Below, one piece after another: positions 40,201-52,600 of a stretch of 64,000 bases of DNA. Source of the DNA: Octopus vulgaris (lineage: Eukaryota); NCBI GenBank assembly GCA_951406725.2, contig OX597816.1:176824001-176888000 (forward strand), given 5' to 3'. The stretch's first letter is position 1. Every line of letters begins with the position of its first letter. A program made the translations under genes and the position numbers. Below the pieces are notes generated by a model. It had not been told where the DNA came from, did no database searches, and was given only the letters and a program-made list of their open reading frames with translations.

Positions 40201-40770
40201 AGACACGACAAAGTTGGAATCTATATACACTGAAAGCTATGCCAACACTATGGAATAACAATAGAAAAAAGATGATATAGGCACACACCAGAAAAGGTCA
40301 CAGAAAATGAGAAAGCAACCAGACTCTGGAATATGCTAATACTCACAGATAGAGAAATTAAAGCCAATAGACTGGATATAGTTGCTAGAGATCATCAAGA
40401 AAAAATGCTTTCTTATCGATGTATTAATATCAACAGATGATAATGTTTCTCTTAAAGAAACAGAGAAACTTTTAAAATACAGAGATCTGGAAATAGAGGT
40501 AACACGAATGTGGAGTCTAAAAACAAACAATTCCTGTTATAGTAGGCGCATTAGGTATGATGAAAAATATATTCAGACAAATACATAACAAAAACACCAG
40601 GACTAACAAGTATATATAACATACAAAAAATAGCACTACTAGGCACTGCACAACAGCCTATGTAACACTTTCAATACAGTAAAAATAAGAGCATCACAAC
40701 AAACTACAGCGCATAACCAAGGCACATAGTAGTGCAGTGAAAGCACCGTGATAAAAATAAGACTACTGAA
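37300..40770 (+). mobile_element. Decayed R4/Dong-clade RLE non-LTR retrotransposon (with internal duplication or nested copy)
   Basis: Fragments GCKDQLLINK, KAFDSIPH, RRGIFQ, LSPLLF, LLYMDDLKLY, MHHPKSD, ETEGFLIAAQDQSLPTRN, CRICG..EETINHIVSGCPVLAKKEYIHRHD, and an NR.DI/LIDV nuclease region; many stops. The 5' boundary is uncertain. Confidence 0.82.
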
Positions 40771-40824
40771 TGATGATGATGACGACGATGACGGCGACTC
40801 TTCTTCTTCTTCTTCTTTCTGTTG

Positions 40825-41250
40825 TAGGCACTAGGCCTGAAATTTGGTGGGAGGGAACTAGTCAATTACATCAACCCCAATATTTCACTGGTACTTAATT
40901 CATCAACCCCAAAAGGATGAAAGGCAAAGTTGACCTCAGTGGAATTTGAACTCAGAATATAAGGATGGATGAAATGCCACTAAGCATTTTGTCCGGTGTG
41001 CTAATGATTCTGCCAGCTTACAGCCTCATGCACAATAATAATAATAATAATAAAATCCTTTCATCTATAGGTGCAAGACCTGAAATTTTTGGAGAGGGAA
41101 ATAGTTCATTAGTTGATTACTTTGATCCCAGTATTCTACTGGTACTTATTTTGTCAATCCTGAAAGGATGAAAAGCAAAGTCGAGCTCAGTGGAATTTGA
41201 ACTCAGAATGAAATGATGGACGAAATGCCCAGGGTACTGAGGATTCTGCT
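40825..41250 (-). mobile_element. Two tandem copies of a second tRNA-SINE family (others ~2010-2200 +, 7080-7270 +, 45247-45440 -, 56350-56525 +, 61320-61522 -)
   Basis: Shared core GGATGAAAGGCAAAGTTGACCTC..GGAATTTGAACTCAGAA and TAAGCATTTTG..CTAATGATTCTGCCAGCT; (AAT)n-type tails. Confidence 0.75.
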
Positions 41251-41331
41251 ACTCAAGGCCTTACTGCTGCTGCTGCTAATAATAACAATAATAATAATAA
41301 TATTAATAATAATAATAATAATAATAATAAT

Positions 41332-44300
41332 TGATCTAGCAAGCGGAGCCTCATATCAGTGAGGGGGGCCGGTGCGCATTGATGCCGTCGAGAGGTAGGC
41401 CCCGAAACGGCAGGCATTCTCTCCTGATGACCCCATACACTTGCTGGCTTCTGGTATACGGAGTTTTTGACTGCTAGCACTTGCATGTGCAAGTTGTTTG
41501 CAAGACATCTAAGACCATGTGGTAGGTAACCACTGACAAACCGGAAAGACGGTTAGGCATCTTGGAAAGACAAGAGGACTGCTCGGAAAGACGAGCGGAC
41601 AATAGGAAAGACTATCGACACCAGGAAAGACCGGTGGAGGCTGCGGACTTACGATCCTCGCCTTTGTAATATATTGTAACAGAAATGAATGGAAATGACA
41701 GCCCCACGATTGACTGAGAGGGGGGAGTCGAGAATCAATCAAACCCAGTCAGCACGGGAATGACCTTGGGAACGAGTACGGTTATTCATTCAAACAGTGA
41801 ACGAAATGCAAACAACTTTGGATGCAAGCAGCGCTATAGAACCTTTGCAACTGTGATGGGCTTGAAGATACATCAGGGAAAGACTTGTGAGAAGAGGACA
41901 GAGCAGTGTGGATCATCAGATCGTAAAACACGTGGCAAATCATCCCCGGACTCAAACCACAGCGGATCGATAAATGCTACTGCAGAGACCTTCACGTGAT
42001 GAAACTACAAGTCATGAAACTGGTGCATCGGATAATACTCAGAGGAAACCGAGGGTTTTGTGGCCTGATGCTAATGAGAAAGGGAAATATAAAGAGTTTG
42101 AAAACAAGGTTTGTCGGGCTCTTTATAAAATGACAGGCTCTACAGTGGAGAAACTGGGTAAATTATCAAGCTCAATATACGATATAGGAAAATATTTATT
42201 TGGAGTAAAAGAGAATATCCGACTAGAGAAAGGAAAGTGTGGACCAAGCAGGAGGATCAGGAAATTGCAGCAGTTGAGGAAGGAAAAGACCAACCTAAGA
42301 AAGCGATGGAGATGTGCTACACTAGATGAGAAACCTGGCCTTGCGCTGCTGTATAACGATTTGAAGAGGAAATGTCGTTATGTGCAACGACATATCTGCC
42401 GATATGAGCATCGAAAGGAGAGTAAAAGGACTCGGAGGCAGTTTCTGAAGGACCCGTACGGGTTTATTAAGAAGCTGTTCAATGAACCGAAGAGTGGTTC
42501 TTTATCGTGCACAAAAGAAGAATTGGATGCTCATATCAAGGAAACCGACAGCGATTCTCTCCGTAACCAGCCACTGCCACCTCTACATGGGCTAAATCAT
42601 CTCTCAGGACCTGATATCGAATTCCAGATTGGGGACATCAGGGAGAGAGAGGTGAATGACTTCGTAAGAAAAGCTAGAGCAAAGAGTGCCCCAGGAGGTG
42701 ATGGCATCTCATATAAAGTCTACAAGTACTGCAATCGTCTGCGAAAGAAGCTCTTTGTCCTACTCCGACAACTGTGGCGCGAGGAGACTATAGTAGAGGA
42801 TTGGTGTCAGGCAGAAGGTATATACCTGCCGAAAGAGGCCAATGCAAAGACCATTAAACAGTTTAAGCCGATATCCTTATTGAATGTGAAAGGCAAGATC
42901 TTTATGGGAATTCTGTCGAGGAGAACAGTGACATATTTACAGAATAACAGATATGTTGATGAATCTGTTCAAAAGGCCGGAATCCCCAGGATCCCTGGAT
43001 GCGTTGAACACTGTTTTTCGATTTGGAAAGCGATCCAGGACACCAAACAGAACAGGAAAAGTCTGAACGTGGTATGGCTCGATCTAGCTAACACATATGG
43101 TTCAGTGCCACACGAATTACTAATGAGAGCCATGGACCACTTCCACATTCCAGACAAAGTGATCAAAGTAATGAGGATGTACTATGACAGTTTCGAAATG
43201 AGGTTTACAACCGGAGATTTTACAACAGATTGGCTCCGATTGGAGATTGCATTGCTGCTGGCTGTACAATATCTGTCACGTGGTTTATCTTAGTCATGGA
43301 GATGATTTTGAAAGCTGTAGATTTTTTGGAACAAATCGTCCATGTACAATCGCCTAAGAAAGCCTTCATGGATGACGTGACACTTCTAGCTACAGATAAA
43401 CAAATCATGCAGAATGCCCTCTTGAGATTAGACAAACTTGTGAGGTGGTCAAGGATGCGATTTAGAGCAAAAAAGTCGCGTAGTCTGACATTTGTTAAGG
43501 GAGTGCAGAAAGAATTTAAGTTTCGAATATCTGAAGAAAGCATTCCAACAGTCAAGGAAGAGCCCGTCAAGAGCTTGGGACGAGTATACGCTGGAACATT
43601 GTCAGAGAGAAGTCGTGGGATTGAAATTATGAAACAGGCCGAGGCTGGGTTATCGGCGATTGATAATTCGAAGTTACCAGGTAACTATAAAATTTGGTGC
43701 TTGCAGTTCGGCTTGTACTCGCGTGGCCACTTTTAATATACGAGGTAGCATTGTCACGAGTTGAAATCATTGAACAAGAATTTAATGCGTTCATTAGAAA
43801 GTGGCTAGGTCTACCTCGTATGTTGAACAGTTCAGCTCTTTATCATAAAAGAGGTTCATTGCAGCTACCAATAGCATCAATAGTCGAAATATATAAGCTG
43901 GGGAAGATACGGACAGTCATGATGCTGAGAGAATCGAAGGATATGGAAATCACGCATAACCCACCAGAGGTGAAAGCAGCCAGGAAGTGGAAAGCAGAAG
44001 CAGAAACTGACGACATCTTGTCTTCTCTTATACACAGAGATATGGTGGAAGCAACGCAGAACCATCGGAAAGGATTTGGTTTTGGCGCGGATCAGTTCAG
44101 ACCATTTGCAAGCATGATGCGGAGTGAACGCAGATCTGTTATTAGCAACAGCGTCAAAACAAGAGAAGCAGAGAGAAGAGAGCTTCATTTGATCCGATGT
44201 GTTCATCAAGGTCAGATGACGAGATGTGAAGAACATGTTGTTGAGAGGAAGATAAGTTGGGATGAGATGTGGAAGTGGATGACATCTCGGCTGAGTTTCC

Positions 44301-45245
44301 TGATTCGTTCATCTTATGATGTTTTGCCATCACCTACGAATCTAGTAAGATGGAACGTCTCAGAGAATGACATCTGCAAATGTGAAAGGGTCGGTACACT
44401 GAAACATATTCTTTCCAACTGCTCACTAGCATTGAACAGGTACACATGGAGGCACAACTTGGTCGTTAAGGTTATCTTCAATGCTATAAAGAACCAAATT
44501 CATCTCAACAACACTGAGAAAAAAACCGTTAAAAGTACCATCTAGAGATTTTGTTACCTTCGTGCGACCAGGTCAGCAGATCCGTTTCAAGAAGAAGATC
44601 AAGAAACTTTCTGAGAGAAATGAAAAGTGGAACGGCTATTGGGAGGTAACTGCAGATTTACCTGGGTGCCAGGTTTTCTTTCCCATCCCAATTACGAAAA
44701 ATACAGATATTTTGATGTGGTGTGAAAGAAGGAACATTGTAAATATAGTCGAGTTAACGGTTCTTCATGAAGATAATATGGACGCCGCTCGGGCTCGAAA
44801 ATTGAACTGTTATGAAAACCTCCTCGAGGAATGTGAAGACGTAGGCTGGAAAGCGGAACATTTTGCTATCAAAATCGGATTTAGAGGGTTTGTTGGACAC
44901 AGCGTGAGACGACTGTTGTTATTGCTAGGCCTAACTCATCGTAAAGTCAATACCACCATGACTGATATCCAATCTACAGTGGAGAAGGCTAGCCACTGGA
45001 TTTGGTTAAAAAGAGACGATGAGCGATGGATAGAAGGATATTGAGCTTATTTTAATAACCTGCTGATCTAACAAGTGGGGCCTCATATCAGTGAGGGGGG
45101 CTGGTGCGCATTGATGCCGTCAAGAGATAGGCCCCGAAACGGCGCGCATTCTCTCCTGATGACCCCATATACTTTGCTAGTTTCCGGTATACGAAGCTTT
45201 TGACTGGTAGCACTTGCATGTGCAAGTTGTTTGCGAGACATCTAG
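41332..45245 (+). mobile_element. HERO-clade RLE non-LTR retrotransposon, near full length, frameshifted, with ~180-bp terminal direct repeats
   Basis: ORF pieces 41760-41999 (zinc-finger-like C...GLKIHQGKTC), 41974-43293 (SAPGGDG, FKPISLLN, QKAGI..PGCVEH, WLDLANxYGSVPH), 43230-43736 (GCTIS, AFMDD), 43694-44545 (YDVLPSPTNL, CxC....TLKHILSNC, RYTWRHN) and 44562-45044 (xDI, VELTVxxE RLE core). Direct repeats at 41332-41511 and 45064-45245. Confidence 0.85.
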
Positions 45246-45979
45246 GGTATAAGGACTGAAATTTTGGGGGATGGGGAAAATCGATCTCATTGATCCCAGT
45301 ACTTGATTGGTACTTAATTTATTGACCCCCAAAGGAATGGAAGGCAAAGTTGACCTTGGCAGAATTTGAACTCAGAACATAGTTGGATGAAATGTTGCTA
45401 AGCATTTTGCCTGGTATGCTAATGAGTCTGCCATCTTGCCCCTTTGTATAATAATGATGATGATGCTAGTAAGATTGAAAATTGCGTTTTGTGTAGATAC
45501 AAAGCCTGAGCTTTCAGAAAAGAAAATTAATAAGTGTGACGTTGATGTTTTTAATATGATTTATATTTTTTATTGATTTGATCCAAAGAACATCTTCGGT
45601 CCCAAACTGCATCTCCTCTCCTCTCTTCCACACATTTCCTCTTCATACTCTATGATTATCGTCCATTTGCCAATCCTGTCCTCACTCCCCTGCTCACTGT
45701 ATCATTGCTATCTATGTAAGTTCTCATCAGTTACAGCATTCTCCATCTCCACTCCCTACTTGCAACTTCTTAGCAATACCCTGCCATCTATATTATGACT
45801 TCCATACCTTGGTAATATGTCCTGGCCCCTGCCATCATTGATCTCTCCTTTCCTTACTCTACCATCTCATCTATGCCCTGAACCCCATTCCTTGCAACTG
45901 TACCCTGACTCTTTGCCACCATTTCTTCCCTGCTCTCTCTTGCTGTCTCCCACTTTCTCTCTCTCTTTCCTTTCCTCTT

Positions 45980-46390
45980 CCTTCTGGCTGGGTAACCATG
46001 TATCTCCTCTTCAGCAGCATACCTGTTTCTGCCCTCATCCTTGATCCCTCTGTCCCCACTTCTCTTGTTCTTACCTCTGGCTCGGTAACCATGCATCTCC
46101 TTTAAAGCAGCACACCTGTTTCTGCCCTCATCCTTGATCCCTCTGTCCCCACTTCTCTTGTTCTTACCTCTGGCTCGGTAACCATGCATCTCCTTTAAAG
46201 CAGCACACCTGTTTCTGCCCTCATCCTTGATCCCTCTGTCCCCACTTCTCTTGTTCTTACCTCTGGCTTGGTAACCATGCATCTCCTTTAAAGCAGCACA
46301 CCTGTTTCTGTCCACTTTCTTGTTAACTCTCTCTCTCTCTCTCTGGGTAACCATGTATCTCCTCTTCAGCAACACACCTGTTTCTGTCCT
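45980..46390. repeat. 93-bp tandem repeat (minisatellite, ~3-4 units)
   Basis: CCTGTTTCTGCCCTCATCCTTGATCCC at 46022, 46115 and 46208. A related GGTAACCATGTA..CTCCTCT..AGCA..ACACCTGTTTCTG motif is also duplicated at ~2240-2300 and ~2540-2600. Confidence 0.85.
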
Positions 46391-46888
46391 CATTCTTAAT
46401 CATGCAAAAAGCACTCAGTCCACTCTTTAGGGTGATTGGTGTTAGGAAGGGCAACCATCTGTAAAAATCATGCCAAAACAGACACAGTCACCTGGAGTAG
46501 TCTTCTACCTGGCTGGCTCCTGTTAAACTGTCCACCCCATGCCTACATAGAAAGCAGATATTAAATGATGATGGTGATATATATATATATATATATAGGG
46601 CCAAGATAACTTACACCTTGTCATTCTCACGAAGACTTGTACTCCACAGTAGAAGTGTGAAGACTGATCCTTCTAGTGGTGCGAAGCTAGTAGGGTGTGA
46701 TATGAAGAGACTTGGCTACCTTTTCTTGCAATTTGGGCAAGTATGTAAAGGCTCCCTCAACTTGTTAATAATGAACATAACTTATATTTGTGGGATTCAA
46801 ATACTAGTTAAGAAGTAACCAATTGCAATCTAGTATCTGTGTTTTAAGACAGATCAACCATCCATCATCTTGCTGTATGTATGTGTGT

Positions 46889-46972
<84 letters not shown>

Positions 46973-47773
46973 CACGCACACACTTGGAAACAGGTGAGGG
47001 TTGGCGACAGGAAGAGCTTTTGGCCGTAGAAAATCCACCTCAATGATTTCCATCCAAACCATGCGAGCATAGAAAGGTGCATGCTAAAATGATGATATAC
47101 TCTTTACTCTTTTACTTGTTTCAGTCATTTGACTGCAGCCATGCTGGAGCACCGCCTTTTGTTGAGCAAATCGACCCCAAGACTTATTCTTTGTAAGCCC
47201 AGTACTTATTCTATGGGTCTCTTTTGCCGAACCGCTAAGTTACGGAGGACATAAGCACACCAGCATCGGTTGTCAAGCAATGCTAGGGGGACAAACACAG
47301 ACACAGACACATACACATATATATACATATATACGACGGGCTTCTTTCAGTTTCCGTCTACCAAATCCACTCACAAGGCTTTGGTCAGCCCGAGGTTATA
47401 GCAGAAGACACTTGCCCAAGATGCCACGCAGTGGGACTGAACCCGGAACCATGTGGTTGGTAAGCAAGCTACTTACCACACAGCCACTCCTATATATTTA
47501 TAGCTAGAAATTTTAGTAATATGGGTGTAAACACTTTGCTTTTATCTTTTACTTGTTTCAGCCATTAGACTGTGGTCATGCTGGGGCACTGCCTCAAATG
47601 AATCAACCCCAGGACTTAACTTTTTTTGTTTTATTTAAGCCTGGTACTTATTCCACCAATCACATTTGCCGAACCACTAAGTTACAGGGAGATAAACACA
47701 CCAACACCGGTTGTTAAGCAGTGGTGGGTCACAAACTCAGGTACAAAGACACACACACATGCGCGCACACACA

Positions 47774-47824
<51 letters not shown>

Positions 47825-49420
47825 GCTTCTTTCAGTTTCCATTTACCACATCCATTCACAAGGCTTTGGTCAGCCTGAGGCTACAATAGAAGACACTTGC
47901 TTAAGGTGCAACACTGTGGAACTGAACCTGGAACCATGTGGTTGGGAAGCAGACTTCTTACCACACAGCTATACCTTCATGGACAGAAAGAGAGAAATCA
48001 CATGTATTCATTTCAGTCACATGAAGTTCCAATGCAAGTTGGAAACTAGTCTAAAAACTAGACTCATAAAGTGCCCATGCGGTGTCACATAAAAGTGCCT
48101 GTGCAGTGTCACGTAAAAGCACCCTGCACACTGTAAAGTGGTTGGTGTTTGGAAGAGCATCCAGCCATAGAAATCATGCCAAATCGGACTGGAGCCTGGT
48201 GCAGCTCCCCAGCTTGCCAGCTCTGGTTACGCTGTCCAGCCCATGCCAGCATGGACAATGGATGTTAAATGATAACGATGATGATGCATATATCTGTGTG
48301 TGTGCCTTTGTGTCTATATTTGTCCCCCACTACTGCTTGAGAACCAGTGTTGGTGTGTTTATGTCCCTGTGACTTAGCAGTTCAGCAAAAGATTCCGATA
48401 AAGTAAGTACTAGATTTTAAAAAGTAAGTCCTGGGATCAATTTGCTTGATTAAGACCCTTCAGAGCAGTGCTCTAGCATGGCTACAGTCAAATGACTGAA
48501 ACAAGTCAAAGATAAAAGCTTCTTTAACACTTCTATCCTTACTTCATCATTTTGACATTTCTTGACCAAATGTCAAAATTTGGATATATATAAAAAAAAG
48601 CCAATACTGTAAGCTTGTTATCATATTTACTTTCTCCTTCTTTATAATTTTTTCTTTGCTGACATTGACTGCTGATATCATTAAAATGTTTTACATGTCA
48701 TTATCATATCCAATCTTAATTATGTTTCAGTATAATGTTCTTTGTTAGACAATAAGCACAGTTAGTCTTAGCTTTCAATGTTCCTCGCCACATCATGATC
48801 AAAATATATGAAATTTAGTCAAGGCAAATAATTGTAGCAGCACATGGAAACTGGATATTCTTTCTCACATCCAGTAAACTCTATCTTTTGCCCTGAAAAG
48901 GATCATGCCCTTCTCTTCAAACTAAAAGATGATACTAGTAAGGTAATCTAGATATATTTTTACCAACATCTGTGGATGATAATTTTTTTTTTATGACTTA
49001 GTAAGAGGAAGAAGAATATTGATGATGAGCTTTGCATGGCTCACCTGATTTGTGAGGAAAGTGACAATACACTTTATAGCTTACCTGGAAAATCCATTCT
49101 ACAAATTTCTATACAGTTTCTGTGTACTGAATTTTACAGACAAGGCCATGCAGTAGGATAGAACTTGTAACCATGTGATTGTGAAGCAATCTTATGGAAA
49201 CAACCAGGCCCTTACTCATATATCCATCAAATATGATTTTTTTTAATTTCTCATGACTTTATTAAAAAGAATTACTAATATCTTTTACTCTAATTTTTCA
49301 ACTGAAAATGTTGAAATTCTTTCACATGCATGATGTTTATTTCTTACCTTTAATATCATGGCTTATTTATTTACTAAACCACATGTTCTGATGATTCTTG
49401 TTTCTTATTGTGCTGTTCAG

Positions 49421-49542
49421 AAAAGAAAACCAAAAGAGAAATTCTCAGATTACCAGCTGCCATAGTTGAACAGGCTGTCAGGTACTGTGATCTATTTTTA
49501 GGCAGCAAGGATAATCAAGATCTTGATTCCAGAGTTGAAAAA
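49421..49542 (+). CDS. TTLL3: TTLL3/TTLL8-like tubulin glycylase exon
   Basis: TTCAG|...|GTAAGA, phase 1 to 0. Reads (Q)KKTKREILRLPAAIVEQAVRYCDLFLGSKDNQDLDSRVEK, resembling the TTLL3/8 'V..A...C..YL....HxDID' helix region. Confidence 0.8.
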
Positions 49543-49699
49543 GTAAGAATTATCAGCTTTCTCATTGCTACCAGTTTATTTGTTTAGAATAAGGTATATA
49601 TGCATTTACTTCTTATATGTTAATAAAGTTGAAACAATGGTTTAGATTGGCTGGATTTGATGATCCAAGAATGGTAATAAAGCATCAGTTATTTGTTGA

Positions 49700-52600
49700 C
49701 TAGCAGAATTGCCCGGCGTTGCTCAGGGCTGAATTGCTTGAAAGTACTGTTAATGATTGCACTGAATTATGATGATTATTCAGGCAAATATTGATATAAG
49801 TTCACGGCGAATGAATGTATTTGTAAGTGTATAGAAAGCCATGTAAAGGTGTTCCTACCCCCTCGTAGAATGGTGTAAGAATTGAATGTGAGGTTGCCTT
49901 GAAAAGAGCCATGTTATTGTTCTCATAATTGTAAGAATTTGATAGTCGTGGAAGGCGATGTAAAACGTTCGCAGGTGAATAGGGTCTCTTCGTTTTGCAC
50001 GAACGGCAGCGGATGTGCTGTTACAAAACTTGATGCTGTGTTAAAAGAGAGTGGATTTCATATGTAGGCAAGAGAGGAATGAAGCATGGGTAAGTAAATA
50101 TGTGTAATTTATAAAATATAGAACAATAGCATCTACTCACCATATGTCAGACCGGCAAGACTGTAGTGGTGCTGATTAGGTGAATTACAATACAGTGGTG
50201 GAGATGTTTTCATTGATGGGCGTTTTGATTAAATTTGTTGTTGTATAAAATGATCTGTTGATTAGTTTCGAAAGTGTATGTTGCAATCGTGTTGTCGCTT
50301 ATGTAAACTTTAACAATGAGAGTGTAGATGTAGGGGGTAGATGTGTCATGTACGTTGGATATAGAAGATGAGGCTGGTGGCTTGATGATGAATGGATAGA
50401 AATAGAGTTGAGCGAAGGACAGGTGTTGGTTAAGTGTGAATTAATGTTATGAAACACCTAGAAATGTAAATGCCATCATAAAAGAGAATCGTATGTAAGT
50501 GAAATACTAACGTGTTTGAAAATGATGAAACGTAGTAATCCTATAGAACCTCCTTGTACACAATGTTTTTTGTTTTTCGTTGTGGAAGGAATGCGAAAGC
50601 ATCACTGTTGCTGCCGACACACGTGCAGCCAACATAAAGCTGACCATGAGAGAAACATGGCTCTCCCAAATGTATTCCTGCCACAGACAGTGTTTGATCC
50701 TGCGCTTTGTTAATTGACATTGCGAAACATGGCCTTACTGGGAACTGGGATCTCCGAAATATGAAAGGTAGGTCTGCTCCTGATGGGAAAAGATGCATCC
50801 TAGGTATGAGCACAACGTTGCCTCGACCGCACCCTGTGATAATGGTGGCCTCAATCAGATTGGGAGATAAGGACTTAACGATGAAACGTGTGCCATTACA
50901 TTGTTTTGGGGGAACCAAATTTCTAATGAGCATTATAGGGGCACCAACTTTAAGTTTGAGAATGTGTGGTGGTAGTCCGGGGGGCTCAAAGGAATTGAGT
51001 ACCTCTATTGGATAATTGATGACGTCGTCTGGGTCAGGAGTTGTATCAATAGACTTATATACATAGACATCCCCAGGAATGAGTTTTAGCATTTCATCAT
51101 TAATATGGTGAACAAGTTTTATTCCTCGGGGCCAGAATAGCCCTTTGGCCAATCCAATCCATATTCTGATAATTAGCTTGTAGATCTGGGAAGACTGCAT
51201 CTCTGAGATCAGAAGGCGTGTTAACAATGGTACAAATGGAATTGATGGCAATATTACCATTTTCATCCCCTGGTATTTTGCCTTCGCCAAGTGCAAGGAG
51301 GGTGTGAGAAAATGCTACTGATGTGATATCACGTCGCATATGAGCACGCATATTGGTGTGAAGTTTGAGAGTCTTCACCAGTGGCCACAATGTGGATGAC
51401 TTAAGACACGCACTTACTGCATCAGTTCTAGTCCCTTTGGGAATAACGGGAAGTGTTTGTCGGAAGTCCCCTGAAAGAAGAAGTGTTATGCCTCCCATGG
51501 GAGCTGAAGAGTGTTTGATGTCTCTGAGAGATCTATCTAGTGCCTCAAGAGCACCTCTGTGGGCCATCGTGCATTCATCCCAAACGATAAGCTTGCATCG
51601 TCTGAAGACTTCTGCCTGATCGGAGCTGTTACTGATGTTGCAAGTTGGTGTCTCAGTCTTCACTAAGTCAAGTGGGAGTTTGAAAGTAGAGTGAGCTGTC
51701 CTGCCGCCTGGCAACAAAGTAGCCGCAATTCCAGATAATGCCACAGCTAGGGCAATGCCTTGTGTTCGCCTAATCTCAGCCAATATTAATTTGTTGACAA
51801 AAGTTTTCCCTAGTGCCCCCAGGAGCGTCCAGGAAAAAAATGTCCCCAGCTTTGGCCCGGACTGAATTAACAACAGAGTTGTAAGCGAACTTCTGTTCTG
51901 GAAGGAGCTTTGGCTCATTGTCGGCAAGCTCATCAACATTAAAACATGTCTCACGCAGCAACAGAGTGTTTGTGCCTTCCCGGTTTGTTGAAGGTAGGCC
52001 ATAGACCGGCAAGGCACTACCGCCCATATCGAGTACAGTATCTTCGATTTCAAGCAGCGCCCTGTTGTAAATGAGGCCAGTGTACCCGACCTCCATTGAT
52101 GGATGTAGCGATTGAGCGTGACACAGGAAATCTTCAGCCATATCATCTTTGTAGGTAAGCCATAAAGAGGCGGGATTAGCCAAGTCACACCATAGTAGTA
52201 GAATAGCGAAAAGCGATCTGATTTTTTTAGGAGATTTTAATGAAACACCTTCTGCCATAGTGGCGCCCCATTGTGAATCATCCTCCAAAAGTCGACGCCG
52301 AAAACAGGCTTCACGGAAAGTATCACATAATACACCATCAACAGTTCTGATGTCTTGAAAACTTTGTGGGCCTAAAACCTCATGGAGGAGAAGGCGCAGG
52401 TGAAAACAGTCATGTTGGTTTGGAGGTACAGTGTAGACTCTTCCTAGACAACTGTTAAACTTGACACCAGGATGTCCTTCAACATCCTGACCCGACTTCC
52501 TACGCACCCAATTGTTGTTTGACCACACGTAGTAGGACGGGACCTGAGGGTATAAAAGTGTTTTAGCAAATGTGTCAAGTTGGCAAAGCCTAAAGAAACC

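Noticed and set aside
41539-41636. CRISPR-like regular repeat/spacer appearance of the GGAAAGAC array
   Set aside because: The repeat is only 8 bp, the 'spacers' are self-complementary stems, there are no cas genes and the context is eukaryotic; reported as a hairpin array instead.
41332-45245. LTR retrotransposon interpretation of the terminal direct repeats
   Set aside because: No TG...CA ends, gag, protease or integrase seen; the protein is a non-LTR RT with a CCHC finger and restriction-like endonuclease.
45854-46393. 179-aa ORF with 31-aa repeats
   Set aside because: Product of a 93-bp minisatellite; no domain or splice support.
50541-52188. Host Pif1 helicase gene
   Set aside because: Intronless, frameshifted, joined to a HUH Rep domain and followed by a hairpin-CTAG end, so it is a Helitron.
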